Source of the DNA: a virus
Reading direction: 5' to 3' (one strand)
Virus record (IMG/VR): IMGVR_UViG_3300032236_001503
Location: 1 to 64,000 of that record
Length of the DNA stretch: 64,000 nt
In this document: positions 40,013 through 49,887 of the stretch, piece by piece
Layout of the letters: every line of letters starts with the position of its first letter
Position numbering within the stretch: the first letter of the stretch is position 1
Notes under the pieces: generated by a model
The model's input: only the letters and a program-made list of their open reading frames with translations
Told to the model about the DNA's origin: nothing
The model's database searches: none
Translations under genes and position numbers: made by a program

Positions 40013-43000
40013 TTAGTTAATCTTATAGATTTCTACCTTTGTCCAATTGCCATCAGATGTGCCAATTATCTGTTGACCTGATACACTACTGTATCCTGAG
40101 AAGTTAACGGAATCGGTTGTTCCATTGAAATATAATATAGCAGTTGATGTTTGTGATTGTGATGCACCAGTTCCAGTATACAATGGCATTTGTACAAGAG
40201 ATTTTGTATTAGATCCATTTAAGCGAATCTGTGAATTGTTTTGACCTGTACCCGTAGTTGAACCCCATGCTATTTGATATGTAACCATGTAGTAGCCGGG
40301 TATTTTTGGTGTTATCACACCAGATAATGCTGGATATGTTCCAAGATTTGATACCCATCCATTTGGATCATTTTTAACTGTTAATGGCAACCAATAATCA
40401 AGATTAGCTGATGAATTTATATTAGCCGAAACGTAAGCGGTTGCTGTATAGTTTGTATTAGTTGAAAGGTTTCCAGTTGCACTAATACTACCATTAACTG
40501 TTAATGTTGTATTTGGTGTTGATGTTGCAATACCAACGTTACCATTGTTGAGTATACGCATTCTTTCAGCACCTGCACCGATTATTACGGTGTTTGATAC
40601 ATCAGAACCTGCTGCAAGTCCAGTACCTAAAATTGTGTTATTTGAACCATAAACAATATTAGCACCAGAATTTATACCTAATACTACGTTATTACAACCA
40701 CCGATTGAATTACCTAAACTACCTGCACCTAAAACTGTGTTTCCGCAACCAGAAACAGATGCATACATTGTTCTGCAACCAAATGATATGTTAGAAGAAC
40801 CACAGGTGTTAACCTGCATGGCTTGATAACCCATTGAGAAATTATTAGTACCCGTAGTTGTAACTGGCTGACTTGAATACCCAAGTGATATGTTGTTATT
40901 ACCTGAAGTTAAGCCGTATAAATTACCTCTACCTAAAGCTATATTGTAGCCACCAGAAACCGTACCCGGTATGTTCAAGCAACCAATAGCAATGTTTTGA
41001 CAACCAGTAGTATTTGCTAAATAACCATTTATATTTCCAGATCCAATTGCAATGTTTCCATTGGAAACACCATAACAACTTGAAAGATTGTTACAACCAA
41101 TACCAATATTAACACAGTTATCAACACGGATTTTTTCTCCACCTGCACCGAGAATCAATGAATTACATACATCAGTATTAGGAGAAACACTAGCACCCAA
41201 AATTGTATTAGAGCACCCATTTATTATATTGGCTCCTGAACCGCAACCAATTGAGATGTTAGCACAACCAGTTGTTAAAACTCCTATTGCTCCATAACCA
41301 AGACCTATATTATGATTTCCTGATAGGTTATTGTTTAATGATCTATAACCAACTGCGAAGTTGTGTCCACCAGATGTATTGTTATATAATGTCTGATAAC
41401 CAAATGCAATGTTACAACTTCCTACTATATTTCTATATAAACTATTTGTACCAATTGCAATATTCATCCCAGCAGTAGTGACAGATCCCAACATGCTAGT
41501 ACCAATAGCAATGTTTTGATAGGCTGAACTTGTACTACCACCATAAAGGTTTACACCAAGACCTATATTATTACTACCTGTTACATTGGGTGGAATTGAA
41601 TTAACACCTATACCGATATTAGAATTACCTGTTATATTACAAATAGCACCACGACCGACTTGATTACCAATAGCAACATTATAACAACAATCAACACGCA
41701 TTTTTTCTACGCCACCAGCACCAAGAATTAAAGTATTGTTTAAGCAACTATTTCCATTTGCACCACTTCCTAAAAATGTATTGCTACAACCACAATAAAA
41801 AGAACCACCAGCATTTGTTCCAATTGCAGTATTATTACATCCTGAAATTGCACCCTGTAATGTTTGAATACCTATAGCAACATTTTGACAACCACATGTG
41901 TTGGAATTCATGGAATAACCACCAAAGGCAACGTTATCATTACCACATGTATTATTTCTCATTGTAACATAGCCAAATGCAAAGTTATTACTTCCTGAAG
42001 TATTACTTTGAAGAGTAAATGAACCCATTCCAAAATTACTTGATCCACAACCACCACCATTAATAAATGAACCCAATGCAACGTTACCACTTCCGGTTGT
42101 CATTGATTGAAGGTTATTTGAACCAACCGAGAAGTTGTTTGAGCCACAATTATAACCCATTGCAGCACCACCTAGAGCAACGTTATTTGAAGAATCAATT
42201 TGTAATCTTTGATAACCAGCGTTAATCGATAATAAGCAACTAACGTTGTTATAACTTGTTCCTGCTCCAGCACCAAGAAATGTATTATAGCAACCACACT
42301 GTGAATTTGATCCTGCGTTGTTACCAATGGCAACATTGCAACAACCCGAAAGATTACTATATAAACTAAGTTGTCCAATTGCCACGTTAAAACAGCCACA
42401 TGTGTTGCTTTGCATACTACATGCACCTATTGCAGTATTGTAACAACCGCATGCATTAGTTAATAATGAATTAATTCCAATTGCTTGATTGCAAGTTCCT
42501 ATTGTATTATTTCTTAAAGTTGATTGACCTAACGCAATGTTATCACTACTAGTAGTATTACAACATAAAGCACTATTTCCAATTGCTATATTATTACCAC
42601 CTGTACTATTACATTGAAGCGATGCTTGACCTAATGCAATGTTTTGTGATCCGGTTGTATTTCCAAGTAAAGAATTTCCACCAAATGCAAAATTACAATT
42701 TCCTGTTGTATTATTTAAAAGATTTGAACCACCATGAGAAACGTTATTGCAACAATCGATACGCATTTTTTCTGAACCAGCACCAAGAATTAATGTGTTA
42801 TTTAAACATGTATTTCCAATGATACCAGTTCCTAAAAATGTATTGCAACATCCATATTGTAACGATCCACCACTACCATTTCCGATGGCTGTGTTATAGC
42901 AACCAGAAACAGCAGCAAATAAACTACCTGCTCCTATTGAAACGTTATTAGAACCACAGGTTGTTGCATAAAGACTATTTGTACCCATTGATATATTGGA

Positions 43001-46000
43001 ACATCCACAAACATTATGATTTTGTCCATAAATTGCAATATTTTGATTACCAGATAGATTTTGAGCAAGTGAATATATACCTATTGCGATATTTTGACAT
43101 GCTATATAATTTGCATTACAGATATTACCACCAAGCATACCTATATTACAATGATATCCATCAATACGCATTGATTCACTACCTGCACCAAGAGCCAATG
43201 TATTGTTTAGTGTAGCATTACCAGCAACACCTGAACCTATAAATGTGTTATTAGATCCATATTGTAATGCACCACCTGCTTGTTTACCAATAGCCACGTT
43301 GTTGTTTCCTGATATAGAATTAGCTAATGCACAATAACCACTGGCTGTATTATCACTGCCGCAAGTATTGCAATATAATGCTTGAACACCGTGAGCAATA
43401 TTTCTTGCACCACATGTATTAAGTGCCAATGAGTAATATCCTAAAGAAATATTAGATGAACCCGATACATTAGTATTTAAAGTACCAGCACCTATTCCGA
43501 TATTACCAGAACCGATTCCACCGACCGTTTGTGAAATAATAGCAACATTATTATTTCCTGTAGTTGTTGCATTGCCTCCTAATGCAACGTTGCCACAACC
43601 AGTGGTAATGGAGCCACCTGCTCCACAACCTATAGCAATGTTACTAGTACCAGTTGTAACGTTCTGTAATGCACCATAACCAATAGCATGATTAACACTT
43701 GCTGTACTGCTATTTCTTAATGCATTAAAACCTATTGCTACGTTATTTGAACCAGTTGTATTGCAACCTAAAGCCGCCCATCCAATAGCCTGATTATAAC
43801 TACCTGTACTATTACATTGAAGAGCACCAGAACCAATCGCCTGATTGTGATTTCCTGAAATGTTACATTGTAATGCTGAACCACCAAGTGCTTGGTTATT
43901 TGCGCCAGTTGTATTATATTGTAATGCTCCAGATCCAATTGCTTGGTTATTATTTCCGGTTGTATTTGATGCAAGAGCCGAATTGCCACCGATAGATGTA
44001 TTGGTAGTACAATTGTTTGCACCTGTTGATGTTACATATTGTGAACATAACATACCTCCAGTAGAAAGATTATTAACATATGTGGTATTTGCTGCACCTG
44101 CTGTTATATTAGATCCTAAAATAAATGTATTTGATTGATTATTTGTATTATTTGAACAACCACCAGCAATAAAAGTATAAATTCCCGAATTTGTATTTGT
44201 TCCAAAATTAGGATTTACGCAATTTCCTATTAATTTATATGGTTGACTAGAAAGTTTTGCAAATGTTGTGACATTGTATGTTGGGTTATTTGTTGCACTA
44301 TTAGAGTTTACATAACTATAAACTGAAGCATTATTAGCAGATTGAGATTGGAAACCACTACCTGAACTCCAACCACCACTTAATGAAAACACTTGAGAAT
44401 AAACTGATTTATCATTTGCTGATAGTGCTTGTAAGAACGAAATACTGTTCCAGTTTGCGGAATTAGAATTAACATTACTAAATACAGAAAGATTATTAGC
44501 TGATTGGGATTGTAAAGTTGTATACGCACTGTTATCTTTAATCCAATTAGCTGAATTAGAATTAACACTACTATAAACTGATGCATTATTAGCTGAATTA
44601 GAATTTACATTACTGAATACAGAAAGATTATTAGCTGAATTAGAATTTACATTACTGAATACAGAAAGATTATTAGCTGATTGGGATTGTAATGTTGTAT
44701 ATGCACTATTTCCACCATTCCAAGTAGCTACTTGTGAACCAACTACGGTTCCAGCATTACAAGCATATCCTGAATATGTAGCATTATCAGCATAACACGC
44801 ATGATATGAATTATAAGAATATCCCGAATTTGTAGCGCACCCAGCATTTGAAGCATATCCTGAATTGGTAGCATAATTTGCATTACCTGCATTTGAAGCA
44901 TATCCTGAACATGTAGCGCACCCAGCATAATTCGCATTACCTGCATTTGAAGCATATCCTGAATTAGTAGCACATGCAGCATTACAAGCATATCCTGCAT
45001 TTGTAGAATAATCCGCAGTACCATGTAAATTACCAACTACGGTTCCGCTTAACGAACCTAATACATTAGCTCTTAATGTATCGATAGTAAATGTTGGATC
45101 ACTATACATTAAATTTGGGTAATCTAATGGTTCTGTTGTTAAACCACTAAATAAACTCCAAACTCCACTTACAGCTGATCGAATCAAGCCAGTGTGTTGA
45201 TATCCTGATGTTCCGTTATCTAAATTACCGATAAAGTGACCAACAAGACCCATATCGTAGACATTTCCTTGTCCAGAAAGTGATTCAGCAATATAAAGTA
45301 TAGGTGAAGATACTTGAAATGTTGTTGTATTTAAAACAATCCCAGAACCAGCAACATATAAGTTACCAGTAATGTTTAAATCACCCGGCGTGGTTATCGA
45401 TGGAGTAAATCCAACTGTAACTACACCATTGTTTACCGATGTGTTAATTTGATTTGGTGTACCTTGGACTGATGTAACTGCCAAATATAATGAACTTAAA
45501 CTGCTTACATTATTATAGGTGTTATTCCAAATATCAGAGCTTAAACCACCAACAACTGTTTCATAAGCAAATTGCCAATCTGAACTTAATGCATTAGTTA
45601 GATTATAATTGGAAATCCAGTTAGCAGAATTGGATTGTAGTGTTGTATTTTCACCACCCATGTTCCAAATGGCTGAATTTGCAAAAACTGATGAATATAC
45701 ACTATCCCAATTTGAACTTAACGAATTAACCGTAATTGTTACATCATTCCATGAACCAAAATTACTAGTTACAAGATTATTTAATGTGTTAAAAAGGGAT
45801 AAATCGGTTTTTAAAAGTAAAGCACTTAATGTTGCATTAGAAATTGGTTTATTTAAATCACTAGTATTATCAACTTGATCTAACCCTAAGTCGGATTTCG
45901 TAATTGTTACATATCCACCTTTACCATTAACAGAAATAACACCTCCGCTTCCTATTACGTTAACGTTATTACTTGGTATATTCGTAGTTATTGTTACTTG

Positions 46001-46009
46001 TTGTTCCAT
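40013..46009 (-). CDS. Long cysteine-rich fibre with SAN repeats, YadA-like NIAIG repeats and C-terminal C1q-like domain
   Basis: VISVNGKGG..LGLDQVDNTSDLNKPIS; dozens of N[IV]A[IL]G..L..NT[TC]G units with Cys; terminal TPKIPGYYMV..LYFNGTTDSV. Confidence 0.8.
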   Translation of the reverse strand: MEQQVTITTNIPSNNVNVIGSGGVISVNGKGGYVTITKSDLGLDQVDNTSDLNKPISNATLSALLLKTDLSLFNTLNNLVTSNFGSWNDVTITVNSLSSNWDSVYSSVFANSAIWNMGGENTTLQSNSANWISNYNLTNALSSDWQFAYETVVGGLSSDIWNNTYNNVSSLSSLYLAVTSVQGTPNQINTSVNNGVVTVGFTPSITTPGDLNITGNLYVAGSGIVLNTTTFQVSSPILYIAESLSGQGNVYDMGLVGHFIGNLDNGTSGYQHTGLIRSAVSGVWSLFSGLTTEPLDYPNLMYSDPTFTIDTLRANVLGSLSGTVVGNLHGTADYSTNAGYACNAACATNSGYASNAGNANYAGCATCSGYASNAGNANYATNSGYASNAGCATNSGYSYNSYHACYADNATYSGYACNAGTVVGSQVATWNGGNSAYTTLQSQSANNLSVFSNVNSNSANNLSVFSNVNSNSANNASVYSSVNSNSANWIKDNSAYTTLQSQSANNLSVFSNVNSNSANWNSISFLQALSANDKSVYSQVFSLSGGWSSGSGFQSQSANNASVYSYVNSNSATNNPTYNVTTFAKLSSQPYKLIGNCVNPNFGTNTNSGIYTFIAGGCSNNTNNQSNTFILGSNITAGAANTTYVNNLSTGGMLCSQYVTSTGANNCTTNTSIGGNSALASNTTGNNNQAIGSGALQYNTTGANNQALGGSALQCNISGNHNQAIGSGALQCNSTGSYNQAIGWAALGCNTTGSNNVAIGFNALRNSSTASVNHAIGYGALQNVTTGTSNIAIGCGAGGSITTGCGNVALGGNATTTGNNNVAIISQTVGGIGSGNIGIGAGTLNTNVSGSSNISLGYYSLALNTCGARNIAHGVQALYCNTCGSDNTASGYCALANSISGNNNVAIGKQAGGALQYGSNNTFIGSGVAGNATLNNTLALGAGSESMRIDGYHCNIGMLGGNICNANYIACQNIAIGIYSLAQNLSGNQNIAIYGQNHNVCGCSNISMGTNSLYATTCGSNNVSIGAGSLFAAVSGCYNTAIGNGSGGSLQYGCCNTFLGTGIIGNTCLNNTLILGAGSEKMRIDCCNNVSHGGSNLLNNTTGNCNFAFGGNSLLGNTTGSQNIALGQASLQCNSTGGNNIAIGNSALCCNTTSSDNIALGQSTLRNNTIGTCNQAIGINSLLTNACGCYNTAIGACSMQSNTCGCFNVAIGQLSLYSNLSGCCNVAIGNNAGSNSQCGCYNTFLGAGAGTSYNNVSCLLSINAGYQRLQIDSSNNVALGGAAMGYNCGSNNFSVGSNNLQSMTTGSGNVALGSFINGGGCGSSNFGMGSFTLQSNTSGSNNFAFGYVTMRNNTCGNDNVAFGGYSMNSNTCGCQNVAIGIQTLQGAISGCNNTAIGTNAGGSFYCGCSNTFLGSGANGNSCLNNTLILGAGGVEKMRVDCCYNVAIGNQVGRGAICNITGNSNIGIGVNSIPPNVTGSNNIGLGVNLYGGSTSSAYQNIAIGTSMLGSVTTAGMNIAIGTNSLYRNIVGSCNIAFGYQTLYNNTSGGHNFAVGYRSLNNNLSGNHNIGLGYGAIGVLTTGCANISIGCGSGANIINGCSNTILGASVSPNTDVCNSLILGAGGEKIRVDNCVNIGIGCNNLSSCYGVSNGNIAIGSGNINGYLANTTGCQNIAIGCLNIPGTVSGGYNIALGRGNLYGLTSGNNNISLGYSSQPVTTTGTNNFSMGYQAMQVNTCGSSNISFGCRTMYASVSGCGNTVLGAGSLGNSIGGCNNVVLGINSGANIVYGSNNTILGTGLAAGSDVSNTVIIGAGAERMRILNNGNVGIATSTPNTTLTVNGSISATGNLSTNTNYTATAYVSANINSSANLDYWLPLTVKNDPNGWVSNLGTYPALSGVITPKIPGYYMVTYQIAWGSTTGTGQNNSQIRLNGSNTKSLVQMPLYTGTGASQSQTSTAILYFNGTTDSVNFSGYSSVSGQQIIGTSDGNWTKVEIYKIN
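44585..44680. repeat. 42-bp coding tandem repeat
   Basis: attattagctga at 44585, 44627 and 44669; encodes SANNLSVFSNVNSN. Confidence 0.9.
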
Positions 46010-46014
46010 TTTAT

Positions 46015-46350
46015 TTAAATAAGTTTGATGATTGGCAATGTTCCAGCAGCAAATGTATCAATTTCACCTGATGATAAAGTTACAGTTACTACCCATGTAT
46101 AATTAGCAGGTGGAACGTCTATAACTGTTGGTGTAACTTGTAATACACCAGCTGAAGCAGGTTGGAGTATAGTGACACCACCCTGAATGGTATCAAAATA
46201 TATCATTGTTGGTGCATCAAGTTGAGTTTTTGCCCTAAAATCGGCAAAAGCACCTGTGAGGTCTACAGCAGAGCCGTCTCTTGCTATAGTTACAGTAAGA
46301 CCTTCCCAAGTATCACCAGCAATATATTGAGCTAAATTGAATAATTCCAT
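46015..46350 (-). CDS. BppU-N-like fibre adaptor protein
   Basis: GDTW..DGSAVDLTGA..Y..V..G pattern; directly upstream of the long fibre, with a late box. Confidence 0.6.
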   Translation of the reverse strand: MELFNLAQYIAGDTWEGLTVTIARDGSAVDLTGAFADFRAKTQLDAPTMIYFDTIQGGVTILQPASAGVLQVTPTVIDVPPANYTWVVTVTLSSGEIDTFAAGTLPIIKLI

Positions 46351-46372
46351 TCATAATATTTACTCTTTAATA

Positions 46373-46639
46373 TTAAAGTTTGGAAAAATCTATCTTATCA
46401 CCTATGCTTTTCTTGATTTCTTCTACGTCGAGCACCTTTCTAACGCAATTGCAGATTTGATAACTTAAAGTTTGATTATCTCTACCAATGTGACCTTTAC
46501 CAAAGCATTTTTTGCAATTTGAAGCTGGGTATTTTAGTAATGGGAGTTGTCCCATGTCTAAAAGTGAAAAATCCTTCTCAGGAATACTATAGAATGTCCC
46601 AGAAAAGGCACTGAATATGATTTTAGTCGTTGTTTCCAT
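46373..46639 (-). CDS. Small Zn-ribbon protein
   Basis: CKKCFGKG...CNC. Confidence 0.6.
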   Translation of the reverse strand: METTTKIIFSAFSGTFYSIPEKDFSLLDMGQLPLLKYPASNCKKCFGKGHIGRDNQTLSYQICNCVRKVLDVEEIKKSIGDKIDFSKL

Positions 46640-46994
46640 ATTTAATAGTTGAAATTGTAAGGATAGTATCCCAAAATTTGTTTCCTGCGACCTTTGTTGG
46701 ATAAATCATCAAATTATTTTCTATTTCAGGTGCATGTTTTGATAATGTTTTGATTCGGTAATCAAAATATACCAAATCATCTTCTTCATGGAGTTCTACA
46801 TCAAACGGAATTGGTATTTCTATCTTTTCCTTTGCTTTTTTAGCTGTATCCATTATGAATGTAAGATAAAAATTCTTTTGATAGAAAAGAATTAACTTTC
46901 CTTGTTTGTGTTGCTTTTTTCCAAGTTCTAATGTGATGTTTTTTTGTAATAAAAACTTGCAAACTTCTTCTAATTTTGTTCCGTATATAGTCAT
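46623..46994 (-). CDS. Hypothetical protein
   Basis: 123-aa ORF in a tightly packed operon. Confidence 0.7.
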   Translation of the reverse strand: MTIYGTKLEEVCKFLLQKNITLELGKKQHKQGKLILFYQKNFYLTFIMDTAKKAKEKIEIPIPFDVELHEEDDLVYFDYRIKTLSKHAPEIENNLMIYPTKVAGNKFWDTILTISTIKYGNND

Positions 46995-47375
46995 TTATTT
47001 TTTCATGAATTGCTCTTTCTGTTTAGCACTCATTGGTCTTATAATCTTATCAAAATACAATAAAAACTGCTTAAATGGTTTGGTTGGTACTACTGATACA
47101 ACTTCAACCGATTCCGTTGGAACATTTCGCCAATCTTGCAATAATATATCCCATAATGTGCAAAGATTTTTAGCCTTTGCATTATATGGTGGTCTACCAG
47201 TTGGTTTTCTATAATTTAAAATTTCTTTTCCGAAAACCGACTTAAACAAACTTTGATCGTTTGTACAAAGCATTCGTCTAGTGTTGGGATTTACACGCTT
47301 ATTCCTTCTAACAAATCTTAATTCAACAAGATTGCTAGAACAAAGAGCATATAAACCTTCAACACTAATTGCCAT
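46995..47375 (-). CDS. SH3/Sm-like (DUF2693/WYL_2-like) protein
   Basis: VELRFVRR..RRMLCT..WDILLQDWRNV. Confidence 0.55.
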   Translation of the reverse strand: MAISVEGLYALCSSNLVELRFVRRNKRVNPNTRRMLCTNDQSLFKSVFGKEILNYRKPTGRPPYNAKAKNLCTLWDILLQDWRNVPTESVEVVSVVPTKPFKQFLLYFDKIIRPMSAKQKEQFMKK

Positions 47376-47794
47376 TACTTTTTAATCTTAGTTTTATTTG
47401 TTTGAGAATCTGTTTTTGGTTCACATACACCAAAAATTCTGGATTCATTTAAGAAAACAATATGTTTAAGGTTATTAAAGTTTTGAACCGTAATGCCCTT
47501 GTCGGAAGGGTGAACAATAATGTCTCCTTCTTTAACGGTTTTACAATCCGGACCCGCTAAAAGCACTTTGGCTAATCTCCATGTGAAATTAACCGTATTA
47601 ATTGGAACCCAAATACTACCTCTTTTGATTTCTGTACCATCTTCGTTTACGTCAATATATTGACACATTAAAATGTCATCTAACACCTTGGTTAAATTCC
47701 ATCCATCTAGGTTGAATTCGTTTCCGATGTAATTGTCTAACTGAACTTTTCCACCAATTAGATCTTCTTGTTTGGGTCTTGGTATAATTGCCAT
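47375..47794 (-). CDS. groES: Co-chaperonin GroES/gp31-like
   Basis: VLDDILM..GSIWVP..AKVLLAGPDCKTVKEGDII..FLNESRIFG. Confidence 0.8.
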   Translation of the reverse strand: MAIIPRPKQEDLIGGKVQLDNYIGNEFNLDGWNLTKVLDDILMCQYIDVNEDGTEIKRGSIWVPINTVNFTWRLAKVLLAGPDCKTVKEGDIIVHPSDKGITVQNFNNLKHIVFLNESRIFGVCEPKTDSQTNKTKIKK

Positions 47795-47804
47795 ATATGT
47801 GTTT

Positions 47805-48182
47805 TTATTTAGGTGTTAGATTTAATTCTTCAAGTGTTTTTTGGTATTCTTCAATCTCTTTTCTGGATAACTCCATTAAATTAGAATAAAATTCAATATT
47901 TTCATTCATTTCTTCATCCTCTTTGGGTGATTTTTTAATGTAATTTATCTTTCTTGCAAATTTAGGAATCAATGTCCTGTAAATTTTACTATTAGTTTCA
48001 TCATCAAAACTAAATTGACAATTATTCCATCTATTTGATGTAGAATTAACAATCTGTGCAATTGGTTTACTTGCCATTGACAACCATCTATTACTTAGAA
48101 ATCCTACATTTTTAGGAATCTCTGGTTTACTTGAACTGGATTTTAAAATCCATTGCAAATATGGGAAAAATATATTCTTCAT
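47805..48182 (-). CDS. Clamp loader A subunit (T4 gp62-like)
   Basis: FLSNRWLSM, LIPK..YIKK, ELSRKEIEEY. Confidence 0.6.
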   Translation of the reverse strand: MKNIFFPYLQWILKSSSSKPEIPKNVGFLSNRWLSMASKPIAQIVNSTSNRWNNCQFSFDDETNSKIYRTLIPKFARKINYIKKSPKEDEEMNENIEFYSNLMELSRKEIEEYQKTLEELNLTPK

Positions 48183-48871
48183 CTTTTTAATGGACTATTA
48201 ATACCATAAAAATTATTAAATGCAATTGAACTTGTCTGCCAATCTTGCGTATTCATAGAATCACCAAGACCAAAATGAATAACCCTGATAGGAGTAACAC
48301 CCATTTTTAATTTATGATAATTAGCATTTAAGCAAAAGGTAATATCGTAATGATGAAAATTAAAATTCTCATCGAATTTCAAAGGTGTTTGTAAAACCTT
48401 TTCCATATTAACTGCTAGGAAAAGTCCATCCATTACTAATGCACGAGATTCAGATTTACCAAAAACAGTTGTCCATACGTTTTTCTGGTGACAATGACCA
48501 ACTTCACCTACATGATCTTGTCTATCACTCATTAAATGCCAAGCAGGTGGCTTTGTGATATCACATTTCTTAGATCCAGCTAAACCAACAATATCGTATT
48601 TTTCAAATGCGAGATTAAGTTTTTCTTCCCAAAACAAATCTTCAATTAAAACATCATCATGAACAAAAATAATTCTTTTTAATTTGTTTTTTTCAATAAA
48701 AAATTGATTGTATATCTTAGGCAAACCTTCTTTATTTTCAAAAAACACTGTACAGTTATTTCTATAACCAGCTTTCTCTAAGAAAATAGCAATTTGAGAT
48801 TTTTCCCAGAAATCTTCTTCGTTTAACTGGGTTGCAATAACAAAATGATAATTACTTGGTAGATTTGACAT
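48179..48871 (-). CDS. GT-A (GT2-like) glycosyltransferase
   Basis: GLPKIYN, IFVHDDV, DGLFLAV, FDENFNFHHYD. Confidence 0.75.
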   Translation of the reverse strand: MSNLPSNYHFVIATQLNEEDFWEKSQIAIFLEKAGYRNNCTVFFENKEGLPKIYNQFFIEKNKLKRIIFVHDDVLIEDLFWEEKLNLAFEKYDIVGLAGSKKCDITKPPAWHLMSDRQDHVGEVGHCHQKNVWTTVFGKSESRALVMDGLFLAVNMEKVLQTPLKFDENFNFHHYDITFCLNANYHKLKMGVTPIRVIHFGLGDSMNTQDWQTSSIAFNNFYGINSPLKR

Positions 48872-48901
48872 AAAACAGGATAAATAGTTGTAATTATAAT
48901 A

Positions 48902-49543
48902 ATGAATACTAACAAGAAAGTCAAGAAGTTAAAACCTTTAAAGGCAGTAAAGAAAACTGGCATTAAAAGTACTATCCCTAAACCATGTTGCTGCGAAAAG
49001 AAGGCTGGTGAGATTATTCAAGCTAGAAATATGAAGGGTGATGTTAAATTTAACAAATTAGAAGAAGCAGCTGACTATCTTTTTGCTAAAAGCTTTTTAG
49101 TTGCATTATTAAAGGAACAAGAAGAAGTTCAAGAGTTGCCACCTGCACCGACAGAAGAAGCTTCTCCTGAAGATTTTACCCCTGAAAAAAATCAAGCTGA
49201 TTTTGAAAACTCCTTAGAACCAGAAACTGATGGTTCACAATTTGATGTTGAAGGTATTTCTCCCGATGTAACAATGGAAACCATTAAAAAGGTTAAAGAG
49301 TGGGCGATTAAACTTAATGAGTTTGAAAAGTTTTTAAATAACCCTTCCGATGATTCACTTCACCGCATTTTATCCGATAACGATAGAGCAGGAAGTCTAT
49401 TAAGAGGTATTACTCGTAAGGCTTCTGATTCAATTACTCGTATTGCTGGTGAAATCGCCAAACTTAAGGAAGTTCTTAACACATTCGTTAATACTGCCCC
49501 TAAAAAGATTCGTGATCTTGAACAAAATAACGTTGCTCAGTAA
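48902..49543 (+). CDS. Hypothetical late protein (possible head-internal protein)
   Basis: GATAAATA box upstream; basic N-terminus, LLKE motif, acidic linker, helical C-terminus. Confidence 0.65.
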   Translation: MNTNKKVKKLKPLKAVKKTGIKSTIPKPCCCEKKAGEIIQARNMKGDVKFNKLEEAADYLFAKSFLVALLKEQEEVQELPPAPTEEASPEDFTPEKNQADFENSLEPETDGSQFDVEGISPDVTMETIKKVKEWAIKLNEFEKFLNNPSDDSLHRILSDNDRAGSLLRGITRKASDSITRIAGEIAKLKEVLNTFVNTAPKKIRDLEQNNVAQ

Positions 49544-49887
49544 TGAACGATAAAGATTCTAGATTATTACAAGAAGCATATGATAGTATCTTAAATAATG
49601 ATACTAGTAATGTTTATGTTATAAACGGAATTGAAACTCATTACGATCCAGAGATTGACGAGGAAGAAGATAATAGAAAAATTTGGCATTTCTTTAGAGA
49701 TAAAGAAGGTAAAGAAGTAGCAGATATGGATTGGAGTCCTTATAGTCACCCAAGTCCAGACGTAATTAGATTTTGGATTAAATTGGGATGTCCAAGTAGA
49801 TCAGATATTAGAAATTCTGGCGCAGGACATGGTACAGGACCAATTGATCTTAAAGATTTGCAAAATTACGCAAAATCCAAAATTTAA
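49543..49887 (+). CDS. Hypothetical protein
   Basis: Coupled by TAATG; starts MNDKDSRLLQEAY. Confidence 0.65.
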   Translation: MNDKDSRLLQEAYDSILNNDTSNVYVINGIETHYDPEIDEEEDNRKIWHFFRDKEGKEVADMDWSPYSHPSPDVIRFWIKLGCPSRSDIRNSGAGHGTGPIDLKDLQNYAKSKI

